From Patescibacteria group bacterium (GTDB lineage Bacteria > Patescibacteriota > Microgenomatia > 0-14-0-10-38-17): a DNA stretch of 64,000 nucleotides. The stretch lies in contig JBMNNJ010000002.1 of NCBI GenBank assembly GCA_050953885.1, positions 41,586 to 105,585 of the forward strand, written 5' to 3'. The notes beneath the pieces are model-generated. The model had not been told where the DNA came from. It saw nothing but the letters and a program-made list of their open reading frames with translations, and did no database searches. This document shows, piece by piece, positions 9,367 through 20,343 of this stretch (the first letter of the stretch is position 1; the number at the start of each line of letters is the position of its first letter). Made by a program: the position numbers and the translations under genes.

Positions 9367-11484
9367 TTAATTCTTTTCTTCCCCCCTTACTTTAGCCACT
9401 AATTGCTCCTGAAGATTCCTCGGCATCACCTCATAATGGGAAGGCTCCATGTAAAAAGTGGCCCGGCCGCCGGTTAAACTGCGCACTGCGGTGGCATAGC
9501 CGGAAAGCTCGGCCAAAGGTGCTAAGGCGGTAATAACCCGCACGTTCCCCCGCGAAGCCGTGCCGCTCACCTGACCCCGTCTTGAGGAAATATCACCAAT
9601 CACCTGCCCCATATATTCCTCCGGCGAGGTCACCTCCAGCTTCATAATCGGCTCCAAAATCACCGGTTCTCCTCTCTTAACCGCCTCCTGCAAGGCAATC
9701 GAGCCGGCAATTTTAAAAGCCATCTCGGAGGAATCAACCTCATGAAAAGAGCCATCATAAACGGCCACCTTTAAATCAACCAAGGGGAAACCGGCCAAAA
9801 CTCCCTTTTCTTTGGCCTCAATCACTCCTTTTTCAATCGCGGGAATAAATTCCTGCGGAATGCGGCCGCCCTTAATTTCGGAAACAAACTCAAACCCTTC
9901 TCCCCGGCCCTTAGGCTCCACCCGCAACCAACAATGGCCATACTGCCCCCGACCCCCCGACTGGCGGATATATTTCCCCTCGGCGGTGGCGGTTTTGCTC
10001 ACTGTTTCTTTATAAGCCACCTGCGGCGCCCCCACCGCCACCTGCACTCCAAATTCGCGGCGCAAACGATCCACCAAAACCTCCAAATGAAGCTCACCCA
10101 TACCGGAAATAATCGTCTGCCCTGTTTCCTGATTGGTTTTCACCTTAAAAGTGGGGTCTTCTTCCATTAAACGGCCCAAAGCCTCGGCCAACTTTTCCTG
10201 ATCCGCCCGGCTGGGGGGTTCCACCGCCAAAGAAATTACCGGCTCGGGAAAAGAAATTTTTTCCAAAAGAATGGGGGCGTTTTGCTGGCAAAGAGTGTCG
10301 CCGGTGGTGGTTTTCTCCAGGCCGATAGCGGCAACGATTTCCCCCGCATATGCCTCACGAATTTCTTCCCTTTTATCAGCATGCATTAAAAGCAGGCGGC
10401 CAATCCGTTCCGAGGAGGCGGCGGTGGCGTTATAAACAGTCGTGCCGGCGCTAATTTTCCCCGAATAAAGACGCAAATAGGTAATTTTCCCCACATGGGG
10501 ATCGGTTTGCACCTTAAAAGCCAAAGCGCAAAAGGGGGCTTCCGGGCTTGCTTCTCTTTTTTCCTCCTGCCCGGTTTTGGGATTAACCCCTTCCACCGGA
10601 GGCAAGTCCAAAGGAGAGGGAAGAAAATCAACAATGCCGTCCAAAACCGGCTGAACCCCTTTATTACGCAAAGACGAACCGCAGTAAACAGGCACCAGCT
10701 TATTGGCAATTACCGCTTTTCTTATTCCCAACTTTAACTCCTCAATACTTGGCGTTTCGTTATTAAGATACTTTTCCATCAGGGCATCGTCAAGGCCGCT
10801 CACTTTTTCAATCAATTCTTCCCGCGCCTTGCTTAATTCTTCTTTTAATTCCGCCGGCACCTCTCTTGTTTCAATTTTTACCCCCTCTTTATCCTGCCAG
10901 TAAAGGGCTTTCTCATCTAAAACCGAAACCACTCCCTGAAAGCTGTTCTCTTTGCCAATCGGCAGGGTTAAAAAAATCACCTCTGCCCCTAACCTTTCCT
11001 TAATTGTCCCCACCGCCTGATAAAAGTCCGCCCCCAACTTATCCATCTTATTAAGAAAACAAAGGCGGGGGACATGATAACGATCGGCCTGACGCCAGAC
11101 GGTTTCCGACTGCGCCTGCACGCCTTCCTCGGCATCAAAAACCATCACCGCGCCATCCAAAACCCGCAGGGCCCGCTCCACCTCGGCGGTAAAATCAACA
11201 TGGCCGGGGGTGTCAACAATATTAATCCGGTGGTCGCGCCAAAAAGTGGTCGTGGCCGCCGACTGGATGGTAATGCCCCGCTCCCGCTCCTGCACCATCC
11301 AGTCCATTTGGGTGGTCCCTTCGTCAATATCACCAATTTTATAGGTCCTACCGGTATAATAAAGAATTCGCTCTGTTGTCGTCGTTTTACCGGCATCAAT
11401 GTGGGCAATAATACCAATATTGCGAATTTTTTCCAACGAAACTACCCGGTTTTCGGTTAAGGTAATTTTTGCGCCGCTAGCCAT
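9367..11484 (-). CDS. fusA: Elongation factor G
   Basis: AHIDAGKTTTTERIL, DTPGHVDF, RQSGGRGQYGH. Confidence 0.99.
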   Translation of the reverse strand: MASGAKITLTENRVVSLEKIRNIGIIAHIDAGKTTTTERILYYTGRTYKIGDIDEGTTQMDWMVQERERGITIQSAATTTFWRDHRINIVDTPGHVDFTAEVERALRVLDGAVMVFDAEEGVQAQSETVWRQADRYHVPRLCFLNKMDKLGADFYQAVGTIKERLGAEVIFLTLPIGKENSFQGVVSVLDEKALYWQDKEGVKIETREVPAELKEELSKAREELIEKVSGLDDALMEKYLNNETPSIEELKLGIRKAVIANKLVPVYCGSSLRNKGVQPVLDGIVDFLPSPLDLPPVEGVNPKTGQEEKREASPEAPFCALAFKVQTDPHVGKITYLRLYSGKISAGTTVYNATAASSERIGRLLLMHADKREEIREAYAGEIVAAIGLEKTTTGDTLCQQNAPILLEKISFPEPVISLAVEPPSRADQEKLAEALGRLMEEDPTFKVKTNQETGQTIISGMGELHLEVLVDRLRREFGVQVAVGAPQVAYKETVSKTATAEGKYIRQSGGRGQYGHCWLRVEPKGRGEGFEFVSEIKGGRIPQEFIPAIEKGVIEAKEKGVLAGFPLVDLKVAVYDGSFHEVDSSEMAFKIAGSIALQEAVKRGEPVILEPIMKLEVTSPEEYMGQVIGDISSRRGQVSGTASRGNVRVITALAPLAELSGYATAVRSLTGGRATFYMEPSHYEVMPRNLQEQLVAKVRGEEKN

Positions 11485-11491
11485 AGAAAAG

Positions 11492-11545
11492 AAAATTGTT
11501 AAATTGTTATATTGCTAAACTGCTATATCACTATATCGTTAATTA
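11492..11545. repeat. Octamer-periodic repeat arm
   Basis: aattgtta-aattgtta-tattgcta-aactgcta-tatcacta-tatcgtta. Confidence 0.75.
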
Positions 11546-11549
11546 GAAG

Positions 11550-12026
11550 TTACCACCGGAAGTGGCTGAAAGCCTTATTTGCCTCGGCAACTTTCTCCAT
11601 TTCCTCCCGCCGCTTGACCGCCCCGCCGGTTTTATTGTAAGCGTCAATCAGCTCGGCGGCTAATTTTTCGGAGAAAGTGTGAAACTCTTTATTCGGACGG
11701 CTTCGGGCTCCTTCCACCAGCCAGCGAAGAGCCAGCGAGGTTTGCCGCCGCCGCGAAACCGGCATAGGAATTTGATAAGCCGCCCCGCCCACCCGCCGGG
11801 AACGCACTTCCATTTGCGGATAAACATTAGCCAAAGCTTTCTCAAAAACCACCATTGGTTTTTCTTTAAGGCTTTTTTCCACCCGCAAAAAAGCCTCATA
11901 AACCTCTTTTTGAGCCACGCTTTTCTTGCCGTCTTTCATCACATAGCCAATTAAGCGCGCCACCGCCTCGCTTTGATAGACCTGATCTGGTTTAACCGCC
12001 CGAATTTGGGCTTTTTTTCCACGCAC
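11550..12026 (-). CDS. rpsG: 30S ribosomal protein S7
   Basis: DGKKSVA, RSRRVGGAAYQIP, AEANKAFSHFRW. Confidence 0.98.
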   Translation of the reverse strand: MRGKKAQIRAVKPDQVYQSEAVARLIGYVMKDGKKSVAQKEVYEAFLRVEKSLKEKPMVVFEKALANVYPQMEVRSRRVGGAAYQIPMPVSRRRQTSLALRWLVEGARSRPNKEFHTFSEKLAAELIDAYNKTGGAVKRREEMEKVAEANKAFSHFRW

Positions 12027-12034
12027 AGTATAAA

Positions 12035-12300
12035 TATAAATTTAAAATTTAAAATTCAAAATGCAAAATCAGTAATCCGTAATATGTAATAAAAAAGCGC
12101 AAAAAGCAAAACGCAAAGAGTAAAACCTAAATCAAAGCTCAAAAATATTTTTAACTTTTGGTTTTGGTCTTTGAGCTTGGTTTTGCACTTTGCTCTTTGC
12201 ACTTTAATCTTGTTTTCTCACGAGTTACTAACTTTTTACATTTTACATTACATTCAATCCGCCAGCTAGCGGGTTGACTTTTAAATTTTAACTTTTGACT
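12035..12300. repeat. Composite heptamer repeat locus with an inserted micro-palindrome
   Basis: 12114-12210 is an inverted copy of the element at 40735-40832; 12221-12244 is the reverse complement of 1190-1213. Confidence 0.85.
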
Positions 12301-12704
12301 TGCCTCTTTGTCCCGTATTTACTCCGCGAGCTTTTGCGATCCACTACCCCTTCAACATCATACTTACCCCGAACAAGATGATATTTAATTCCCGGCAGGT
12401 CTCTTACCCGGCCATAACGAACCAATACCCGGGCACGCTCCACCACATTATGCCCCTCACCAGGGATATAGGCCGTCACTTCCTGACGATTGGAAAGCCG
12501 CACCCGCGCCACCTTCCGCAGGGCCGAGTTGGGCCTTTTGGGAGTGACGGTTTTTACCAGCAAAACCACCCCCCGCTTTTGGGGGCTGGCGGTCTTAACA
12601 AAACGCCGCGTTAAGGAATTAAAAGAATTCTTTAACGCCGCCGCTTGGGTTGGTTTTTTCTTTTGCTGGCGGCCATGCCGCACCAGCTGATTGATGGTAG
12701 ACAC
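12288..12704 (-). CDS. rpsL: 30S ribosomal protein S12
   Basis: [29 protein letters not shown]. Confidence 0.98.
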   Translation of the reverse strand: MSTINQLVRHGRQQKKKPTQAAALKNSFNSLTRRFVKTASPQKRGVVLLVKTVTPKRPNSALRKVARVRLSNRQEVTAYIPGEGHNVVERARVLVRYGRVRDLPGIKYHLVRGKYDVEGVVDRKSSRSKYGTKRQVKS

Positions 12705-12741
12705 GAAATTTTATCTCTTAAATTATAAATAATTTTATCTA

Positions 12742-12965
12742 AACAATAAATAAACTCAAATGTTAAATCGCAAAACGCAAAACTACATGTTAAAACTCAA
12801 ATCTACAACGCAAAACTTAAAAGACAAAAACAGAATTACAATTTAGAAATATAAATATTAAGCCCTAAAGTTTTTTAGTTTTAAGTTTTAACATGTAGTT
12901 TTGAGATTTGAGTTTTGCGTTTTGAGCTTTAACTTATACTTTTGACTTTTGAATTTTAAATTTCC
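12742..12965. repeat. MITE-like heptamer element with a unique core
   Basis: Core aaagacaaaaacagaattacaatttagaaat...agatttgagtttt is repeated directly at ~58835-58931. Confidence 0.85.
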
Positions 12966-13015
12966 TAAATTAGCGCATGTCAATTATACCATGCCTTTCG
13001 TCTTAGTCTTTCGTC

Positions 13016-16000
13016 TTAAAATTCCAGCCGGTCTTCCTCTAAAACCACCTGCTCGGGAGAAACAGGGATTAAGCGGCCAATAATCACGTTTTCCTTCATC
13101 CCCACTAAATTATCCACCCGGCCCTCAAGCGACGCCTGCGTTAAAACATTGACCGTTTCCTGAAAAGAAGCCGCCGAAAGCCAAGAGTCGGTATAAAGCG
13201 CCACCTTGGTTAAGCCTAAAATTAACCGCTTCCCCCGGGCTGGTTTAATCTTTCTTTCTTTTGCTTTTTCGTTTACCTTGCGAAAACGGAGAAGATCAAC
13301 AAAACTGCCAACAATAAATTTCGTATCGCCGGCGTTAATAATTTGCACCTTGTCACTCATTCTCCTAATAATCACCTCAAAATGGCGGTCGTTAATGCCG
13401 ATATTTTGCGACTCGTAAACCCCCTGAATACTATCCAAAAGATACTCCTGCGCCGCCCGCAAGCCCCGAATTTTTAAAACTTCTTCCACATCTAGCGCTC
13501 CGGCGGCCAGTTGCGTTCCGGCCAAAACCTTCTCTTTGTCATGCACCAAAAGCTGATTTGCCGGCGGAACAAAATATTCTCTCTTTTCCTCCTTTCCTCT
13601 TATTTCCACCACCATGCCTCCGCCGCTTTCCTCTTTAATCCACACCTGGCCATCTATTTCCGCCAAGGGGGCCAAAGATTTGGGAAGACGAATTTCAAAA
13701 AGCTCTTCCACCCGCGGCAGGCCTTGGGTAACATCAACCCCTAAAACTCCACCGCTATGTTTGGTTTTCAGGGTTAATTGCGTTCCCGGTTCGCCAATTG
13801 ACTGGGCCGCTAAAATTCCTACCGGAGTGCCAATCTCGACTAACTTTTTGTTGGCAAAATTCCAGCCATAGCATCGCTGACAAACTCCGTAATGAGTCTT
13901 ACAGGTTAGAGGAGAACGAACCAAAACCGAGGTTATCTTCTCTTCTTTAACAATTAAGTCTACCTTATCGTCATCCAAAAGTTCTCCTTTCTTAAGAAGT
14001 GTTTTTCCTCCCACCTTAACATCGGCCGCTAAAAATCGCCCCAAAAGACGCTCGCCAAACTTTTCCGCCCGCGCCCCTTCTCTTTTAATCTCAATTCCCT
14101 TTTTGGTACCGCAATCTTCTTCGCGAACAATCATATCATGGGCGGCGTCAACCAAACGCCTCGTCAGATAACCAGCATCGGCTGTTTTTAGCGCCGTGTC
14201 GGTTAAGCCTTTCCGGGATCCCCGCGCCGAAGTGACATATTCGAAAACCGCCAGCCCCTCCCGAAAATTAGATTTTGTCGGCAGAGGGACAATGCGCCCC
14301 AGCGGATCAACCGACAGCCCCCGCATTGCCGAAAGCTGTTTCACGTTATCCCGCGACGCCCGGCCCACCTTAGCATCAATAATCAAGCGCACCGGCGAAT
14401 CAGGAGGGAAAAGCTCCCAAGTTTTATCCGCCAGCTCATCGGTAGTTTCAATCCAAATATTTTGGGTCAGCTCCCGCCGCTCGTTGGCGGTAATCAGGCC
14501 TTGATTAAAGCTTCGCTCAATTTCCAAAACCCGCTGCTCCGCCGCCTTAATAATCTTTTCCTTTTCCGGATGAATCACGTTATCGGCAATACCAAAAGAA
14601 AGCCCTGAGAGGGTTCCCGCCCAAAAACCTAGCGCCTTAACCGCATCAATTATTTCCACCATTTTCCCCTCCTCCACTTTAAACAAAATCTTGCTTAAAA
14701 GCGATTTTAAAACCTTGGAATCAATCGCTTCGTTCACAAAGCGAAATTCCGGCGGCAAAATTTGGTTAAAAATAATCCTTCCTATGGTTGTTTCCAAAAC
14801 TTTCCCTTCATAAAAAAAGTTAATTTTTTGCCTTAAATTAATTTTCCCCGCCTGATAGGCTAAAAATACCTCTTCTTCGCTCATTATTTCTTCCCGTTGA
14901 GGCAGGTCGGAATTAATCGTGGTCAGATAATAAATCCCCAAGGCCATCTCTTTTGAGGTGGGCACGGAAACCGGTGCCCCGTCCGCGGGTTTGAGCAAAT
15001 TCTTTTGGGGAAGCATAAAATTCTTCGCTTCTTCTTGTGCTTGTTGGGAAAGAGGCAAGTGCACCGCCATCTGGTCACCATCAAAATCGGCGTTAAAACC
15101 GGAGCAAACACAAGGATGAAGCTGAATCGCCAAACCATCCACCAAAACCGGATAAAAAGCCTGCAAAGAAAGTTTGTGAAGAGTAGGGGCGCGGTTCAAA
15201 ACCACCACCTTATCTTTAATAATCTCGTTAAGAATCCCATAAACTTCCGGGGGGCGTCGGTCCAGCGTTGCCTTGGCGGAACGAATGTTGGGAGCAACTC
15301 CTTCCAAAATCATTTGGTGTAAAAGATAGGGCTTAAAAATTTCCAGCGCCATTTCCTTTGGCAAACCACATTGATTAAGATTTAGTTTAGGACCAACCAC
15401 AATCACCGAACGTCCCGAATAATCAACCCTTTTTCCCAAAAGATTTTGGCGAAAACGGCCTTTCTTGCCCCGCAGTGATTCGGAAAGAGAGCGTAACTGC
15501 ATTCTTTTGGAAGCGCGCGGCCGCTTAATCTGGGAAGCGTCAATTAAATTATCCACCGCTTCCTGCAGCATCCGTTTCTCGTTTCTTAAAATAATCTCCG
15601 GCGCGCCGATCTCCATCAGGCTTTTCAAACGATTATTGCGATTTAAAACCCGGCGATACAAATCATTTAAATCAGAAGAAGCAAATTTCCCTCCCGAAAG
15701 CTGGACCATTGGCCGCAAATCGGGTGGCAAAACCGGTAAAACCTGCAAAATCATCCACGAGGGATCCACCCCCGACTCCAAAAGATTGGTCAAAAGCGCA
15801 ATTCGCTGATAAAGTTTTTTCCGTTTTGCCTCACTTTCGGTTAAGCCTACCCGGCGGCGCAACCGCGCCAATTCTTTGGAGAGATCAATTTTCCCCACCG
15901 CCTCAAGCACTGCCTCGCTTCCCATTTTCGCCTCAAAAAATGAATCGGCGCCATGCTGGGCAAAGGTAGTCATCTCGTTTCCCGAAATAAAAGAGCCAAA

Positions 16001-16720
16001 ACCAATTTTTTTAACCTTTAAAACTAACGAATGATAAAAACTTTTGAGCGTTTCCTCTTGTTTTTCCTTTTCCAAAATTGCCTGTTGGATTTTTCTCTTT
16101 AATTGCAACTCCCCTTCCCTTAAGGCCAAATCCCGGGCTTCTCCCGACTTAATTCTTTTCTTCACCCTTTCTTCTTCCTCCCGCGCCTCATCTTTAATTT
16201 TTTTCAAAAGCTGCTTTTTCTTCAGCTCCAGTTTTTCCCGCTCTTCTTTTTCTTCCCGGCCTAAATTAGCCAAAACTTTCCCCCTTTCTTTCTCGTCAAC
16301 GCTAATTACCAAATAATGGGTAAAGTAAATTACCCCCTGGAGATACTTATTGGAAACCCCCAAAAGAATAGAAAGAGGAGAGGCTGATCCTTTGAAATAC
16401 CAAACATGAGCGCAGGGAGCGGCTAGGTTAATATGGCCCATTCTTTCCCGCCGCACCCGGGAACGGGTAACCTCCACTCCACACTTATCACAAATTACCC
16501 CCTCGTAGCGGCGGCGCTTATACTTACCGCAGTAACATTCCCAGTCACGGGTGGGCCCAAAAATCCGCTCGCAAAAAAGACCGTCTTTCTCCGGCTTAAA
16601 AGTGCGGTAGTTAATTGTCTCCGATTTTAAAACCTCGCCACGCGACCAAGAAAGAATTTCCTCTGGCGAGGCCAGTCTTACTTGAAGAGCTTTAAAATCG
16701 TTAATTGGTTCGGAATCCAT
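13016..16720 (-). CDS. rpoC: DNA-directed RNA polymerase beta' subunit
   Basis: NADFDGDQM active site, CYCGKYK zinc site, KTADAGYLTRRLVD. Confidence 0.99.
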   Translation of the reverse strand: MDSEPINDFKALQVRLASPEEILSWSRGEVLKSETINYRTFKPEKDGLFCERIFGPTRDWECYCGKYKRRRYEGVICDKCGVEVTRSRVRRERMGHINLAAPCAHVWYFKGSASPLSILLGVSNKYLQGVIYFTHYLVISVDEKERGKVLANLGREEKEEREKLELKKKQLLKKIKDEAREEEERVKKRIKSGEARDLALREGELQLKRKIQQAILEKEKQEETLKSFYHSLVLKVKKIGFGSFISGNEMTTFAQHGADSFFEAKMGSEAVLEAVGKIDLSKELARLRRRVGLTESEAKRKKLYQRIALLTNLLESGVDPSWMILQVLPVLPPDLRPMVQLSGGKFASSDLNDLYRRVLNRNNRLKSLMEIGAPEIILRNEKRMLQEAVDNLIDASQIKRPRASKRMQLRSLSESLRGKKGRFRQNLLGKRVDYSGRSVIVVGPKLNLNQCGLPKEMALEIFKPYLLHQMILEGVAPNIRSAKATLDRRPPEVYGILNEIIKDKVVVLNRAPTLHKLSLQAFYPVLVDGLAIQLHPCVCSGFNADFDGDQMAVHLPLSQQAQEEAKNFMLPQKNLLKPADGAPVSVPTSKEMALGIYYLTTINSDLPQREEIMSEEEVFLAYQAGKINLRQKINFFYEGKVLETTIGRIIFNQILPPEFRFVNEAIDSKVLKSLLSKILFKVEEGKMVEIIDAVKALGFWAGTLSGLSFGIADNVIHPEKEKIIKAAEQRVLEIERSFNQGLITANERRELTQNIWIETTDELADKTWELFPPDSPVRLIIDAKVGRASRDNVKQLSAMRGLSVDPLGRIVPLPTKSNFREGLAVFEYVTSARGSRKGLTDTALKTADAGYLTRRLVDAAHDMIVREEDCGTKKGIEIKREGARAEKFGERLLGRFLAADVKVGGKTLLKKGELLDDDKVDLIVKEEKITSVLVRSPLTCKTHYGVCQRCYGWNFANKKLVEIGTPVGILAAQSIGEPGTQLTLKTKHSGGVLGVDVTQGLPRVEELFEIRLPKSLAPLAEIDGQVWIKEESGGGMVVEIRGKEEKREYFVPPANQLLVHDKEKVLAGTQLAAGALDVEEVLKIRGLRAAQEYLLDSIQGVYESQNIGINDRHFEVIIRRMSDKVQIINAGDTKFIVGSFVDLLRFRKVNEKAKERKIKPARGKRLILGLTKVALYTDSWLSAASFQETVNVLTQASLEGRVDNLVGMKENVIIGRLIPVSPEQVVLEEDRLEF

Positions 16721-16868
16721 AAAAATATATTATTAAATTGTCGATAACAATTCGTAAATGTTATTCTGACGAAAGTCAGAACCTAAAATCCCCCCCCCTT
16801 ATTTTGCCAACCGGCAAATTAACTCGGCGCGGACTGCTTGCTTCTGGCAGAAATCCGCTCTCTGTCTT

Positions 16869-19800
16869 TTACCGCGCTGTGTCCATTATACTATTAATAT
16901 TATCTTTTTCAGCCCCTAATTGGTTGGCCTCATTATCTTTTGCCTCTAAAGGTTTTTCTTCTTCTGCGGGTTTTTCTTCCTCTGTTTTTACCTCCTCTTC
17001 TTTAGTAACCACCGCCAAGCCCAAGCTCTTAAGCTCGGAAAGCAAAACCTTAAACGACTCCGGCACTTTTGATTCCGGAATATCCGTGCCTTTAACAATC
17101 GCCTCAAACGCCTTGGCCCGACCCACCACATCGTCGCTTTTAATCGTCAACATTTCCTGCAACATATGCGCCGCCCGATGCGCCTCCAGTCCCCAAACCT
17201 CCATTTCTCCAAAACGCTGGCCACCCATTTGCGCCTTGCCTCCCAACGGTTGCTGGGTTACCAAAGAATATGGGCCAATGGAACGGGCGTGAACCTTATC
17301 CTCCACCATATGCAAAAGCTTTAAAATATAGGCCACACCAACAACCGCTCTCTCCTCTAACGGCTCGCCAGTGCGACCGTCATAAAGAACTGTTTTATAA
17401 TCTTTATCTAAACCTGCCTTTTCAAATTCCCCTTGTAAAAACTGCTCATCGAATTTCTCAAAAACCGGTACGGCCACCTTATAACCTAATTTTTGCGCCA
17501 CCAAACCCAGATGAGCTTCCAAAAGCTGGCCCAAATTCATCCGCGCCAAAACCGAAAGAGGAGAAATAATGATATCTACCGGCGTCCCGTCAGCAAGATA
17601 AGGCATATCCGCCGCGGGCACAATTTTAGAGATAACTCCCTTATTGCCATGCCGCCCTGCCAGTTTATCACCTTCGCGGATTTTTCTTGTTTGCGCCACC
17701 CAAACGGTAATCACTTTTATCACCCCGGGAGAAAATCCCTCTTCATCTTCTTGCCGGTCCAAAACCTCTACTCGCACCACCGTTCCTTCCACCCCGTGGG
17801 GAAGACGCAAAGAGGTATCCCGCACTTCCCGCGCTTTCTCGCCAAAAATAGCCCGCAAAAGCCTTTCCTCGGCCGTTAACTCCGTTTCTCCTTTGGGGGC
17901 GATTTTGCCCACCAGAATATCATTAGCCTGAACAAAAGACCCCACCGTAACCAAACCATCTTCACCCAAGTTTGCCAGCTCTTCTTCGGCCACATTGGGA
18001 ATATCCCGCGTTAGCTCCTCCGGCCCCAGTTTTGTCTCCGCCACCTCACAAGAAAATTCATGAATGGTTATCGACGTAAAGGTGTCTTCCTTAACTAACC
18101 GGTCGGAAATAACAATCGCGTCTTCAAAGCCCAAGCCTTCATACGAGCAGTAGGCAATTAAAAGGTTTTTCCCCAAGGCCAACTCACCACCATCGCAGGC
18201 TGGTCCGTCAATTAGCACCTCGCCCTTTTTTATTTCCTCGCCCGCCGCCACTTGAGGCTTTTGCGAATAACAAGTTCCATAAGGAGAAGTCCGCTTAAAT
18301 TTCTCCAGATAATAAATTTCCTTATCGCCTTCTATTTTAACCGTCGACACTCCCCTTTCTTCCTCTTCGGCATTAATCTCTTTGGGATTAATTTTAACCA
18401 CCACCTTACTGCTGTCGGCAAAAATTACCCGGCCGGAATGACGCGCCCGCGCCACCCAGCCCATTTGCTCCGGGACCACTGCCTCCATGCCCGTGCCTAC
18501 CACTGGAGCTTCGGTTTTCACCAAAGGCACCGCCTGACATTCCATGTGTGATCCCATCAACGCCCGCGCCGGCTCATCATGATCTAAAAAAGGAATCAAA
18601 GAAGCCGAAGCACCCACCACCTGCTGGGGGCAAATATCAATTAGCTGGACCTTTTCTACCGGCACCTCCAAAAATTCTCCCCCAAAACGCGCCGGCACTA
18701 AAGAGGGAATTAAAAAACCTTCTTCATCACGAGCAATATCGCCGCTGGTAATATAATATTTTTCTTCATCATCAGGGGGAAGATAAATAATCTCCTCCTC
18801 AATTTTCATTCGTGTTTTTCCATCTTTTTTAACCGGGGCTACCTTTTTATAAGGCGTCTCCAAGAAACCATATTCGTTAACGCGGGCATAGCAAGCAAGA
18901 TAGGTAACCAAGCCAATGTTTTGCCCTTCCGGACTTCTTACCGGACAAATACGGCCATATTGGGAAGAAGAAATATCCCGAATCGAGAAGGGCGCCCTTT
19001 CCCGCGTTAGCCCGCCCGGCCCCATTACCGATAAACGCCGCAAATTGTCAAGCTCCGACAGGGGATTGGTTTGATCCAAAATTGTCGAGAGCCGGTTAAC
19101 CCGGAAAAATTCATTAATTGAGGCAATCAATGGCTGGCTGTTCACCAAGAAAGAAAGGTTAACCGTTTTGGGGTCCAAAAGAGCCAAACGTTGCCGGAGC
19201 ATGCGTTCAAACCGCAACAAACCAAGCCGATAAGGAACTTGGGCCAAAAGTGTGCCAACACAACGGACATAACGATTAGCCAGATGATCAATATCATCGG
19301 TCTTGCCCCCTTCTCCCTTCTGAAGGGTAATTAAATACTTAAGAGTGGCCACTAAATCTTCCCGTTTTAAGGTCCAGTTTTTAGGCTCGTTGGGAATCTC
19401 CAAACCCAACCGTTTGTTAATTTTATAACGGCCTGTTTTATCCAAACTATAGCGCCGCGGGTCAAAAAAGAGGCTGTTAAAAAACTCCTGGGCTTTTTCT
19501 AAAATTACCGGCTCGCCGGGGCGCATCCGCCGATAAATTTCCATTATCGCCTCCTGACGGGTTTTCGTGTTATCGGCCTCAATCGTCGGCATGAGGAAAT
19601 CGGAAAATTCGTGAATCAGCTCTTCATCGCTTTCTATCCCCAGCCCCCGCAGAAGAAGGGTGACGGGCAGTTTGCGCCGTCGGTCAATTCGCATCCAAAT
19701 TGTTTCGTTGGGAGCCACCAAAAATTCCAGCCATGAACCAAAAAGGGGCCTAATTTCCGCCTGACTTAAAAGCCGGCTCGTCCGCTTATCTACCTCTTGG

Positions 19801-20213
19801 GTAAAATAAACACCCGGCGCGCGGGTGATTTGAGAAACAAGGCAACGCTCCACCCCGTTAATAATAAACGTTCCCCGCGCCGTCATTTGGGGCAGGTCAA
19901 AAAGATAAACTCTTTTTTGCCAACTCTGGTTTGTGGGTTTATAAAGCAAAGAGGCTTCTGTTTCCACCGCCACCGTGTAGGAGAGATTGCGCCGCCGCGC
20001 TTCTTTTTCCGAACGCAAGGGTTCGGAAATATAAACGTTATCAAAAGAAAGCTCCCAATTGCCGCTTTGATCAACCACCGGGGAAATATTTGCCAACCCA
20101 CGCGCTAAATCTTGCGCCAAAAATTTCTCCCAAGATTCTTTCTGCACCGCCAAAAGATCCAAGGGAGGAAGCCGGTGATAGTTTCTGCCTAAAAAAACGC
20201 GTTTGTTTTTCAC
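16869..20213 (-). CDS. rpoB: DNA-directed RNA polymerase beta subunit (likely GTG start at 20213)
   Basis: GDKLAGRHGNKG, GGQRFGEMEVW, PESFKVLL. Confidence 0.99.
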   Translation of the reverse strand: MKNKRVFLGRNYHRLPPLDLLAVQKESWEKFLAQDLARGLANISPVVDQSGNWELSFDNVYISEPLRSEKEARRRNLSYTVAVETEASLLYKPTNQSWQKRVYLFDLPQMTARGTFIINGVERCLVSQITRAPGVYFTQEVDKRTSRLLSQAEIRPLFGSWLEFLVAPNETIWMRIDRRRKLPVTLLLRGLGIESDEELIHEFSDFLMPTIEADNTKTRQEAIMEIYRRMRPGEPVILEKAQEFFNSLFFDPRRYSLDKTGRYKINKRLGLEIPNEPKNWTLKREDLVATLKYLITLQKGEGGKTDDIDHLANRYVRCVGTLLAQVPYRLGLLRFERMLRQRLALLDPKTVNLSFLVNSQPLIASINEFFRVNRLSTILDQTNPLSELDNLRRLSVMGPGGLTRERAPFSIRDISSSQYGRICPVRSPEGQNIGLVTYLACYARVNEYGFLETPYKKVAPVKKDGKTRMKIEEEIIYLPPDDEEKYYITSGDIARDEEGFLIPSLVPARFGGEFLEVPVEKVQLIDICPQQVVGASASLIPFLDHDEPARALMGSHMECQAVPLVKTEAPVVGTGMEAVVPEQMGWVARARHSGRVIFADSSKVVVKINPKEINAEEEERGVSTVKIEGDKEIYYLEKFKRTSPYGTCYSQKPQVAAGEEIKKGEVLIDGPACDGGELALGKNLLIAYCSYEGLGFEDAIVISDRLVKEDTFTSITIHEFSCEVAETKLGPEELTRDIPNVAEEELANLGEDGLVTVGSFVQANDILVGKIAPKGETELTAEERLLRAIFGEKAREVRDTSLRLPHGVEGTVVRVEVLDRQEDEEGFSPGVIKVITVWVAQTRKIREGDKLAGRHGNKGVISKIVPAADMPYLADGTPVDIIISPLSVLARMNLGQLLEAHLGLVAQKLGYKVAVPVFEKFDEQFLQGEFEKAGLDKDYKTVLYDGRTGEPLEERAVVGVAYILKLLHMVEDKVHARSIGPYSLVTQQPLGGKAQMGGQRFGEMEVWGLEAHRAAHMLQEMLTIKSDDVVGRAKAFEAIVKGTDIPESKVPESFKVLLSELKSLGLAVVTKEEEVKTEEEKPAEEEKPLEAKDNEANQLGAEKDNINSIMDTAR

Positions 20214-20314
20214 TTTACGCCTAAGAAAAAATAGCCACAAAAAAATTCCCTTTTTTCAGGGAATATTTCTTCTGGCTATAGCTAATTTAATTTAAGGGAA
20301 ATCACGTAAGCCGT

Positions 20315-20343
20315 ATTTTACTCGCCAATTTTCTTTCCGTCAA
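20315..20343 (-). promoter_or_regulatory. Putative rpoB promoter, followed by a hairpin leader
   Basis: Minus strand TTGACG-17 nt-TAAAAT; leader tagcca...ttccct/agggaa...tggcta. Confidence 0.65.
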
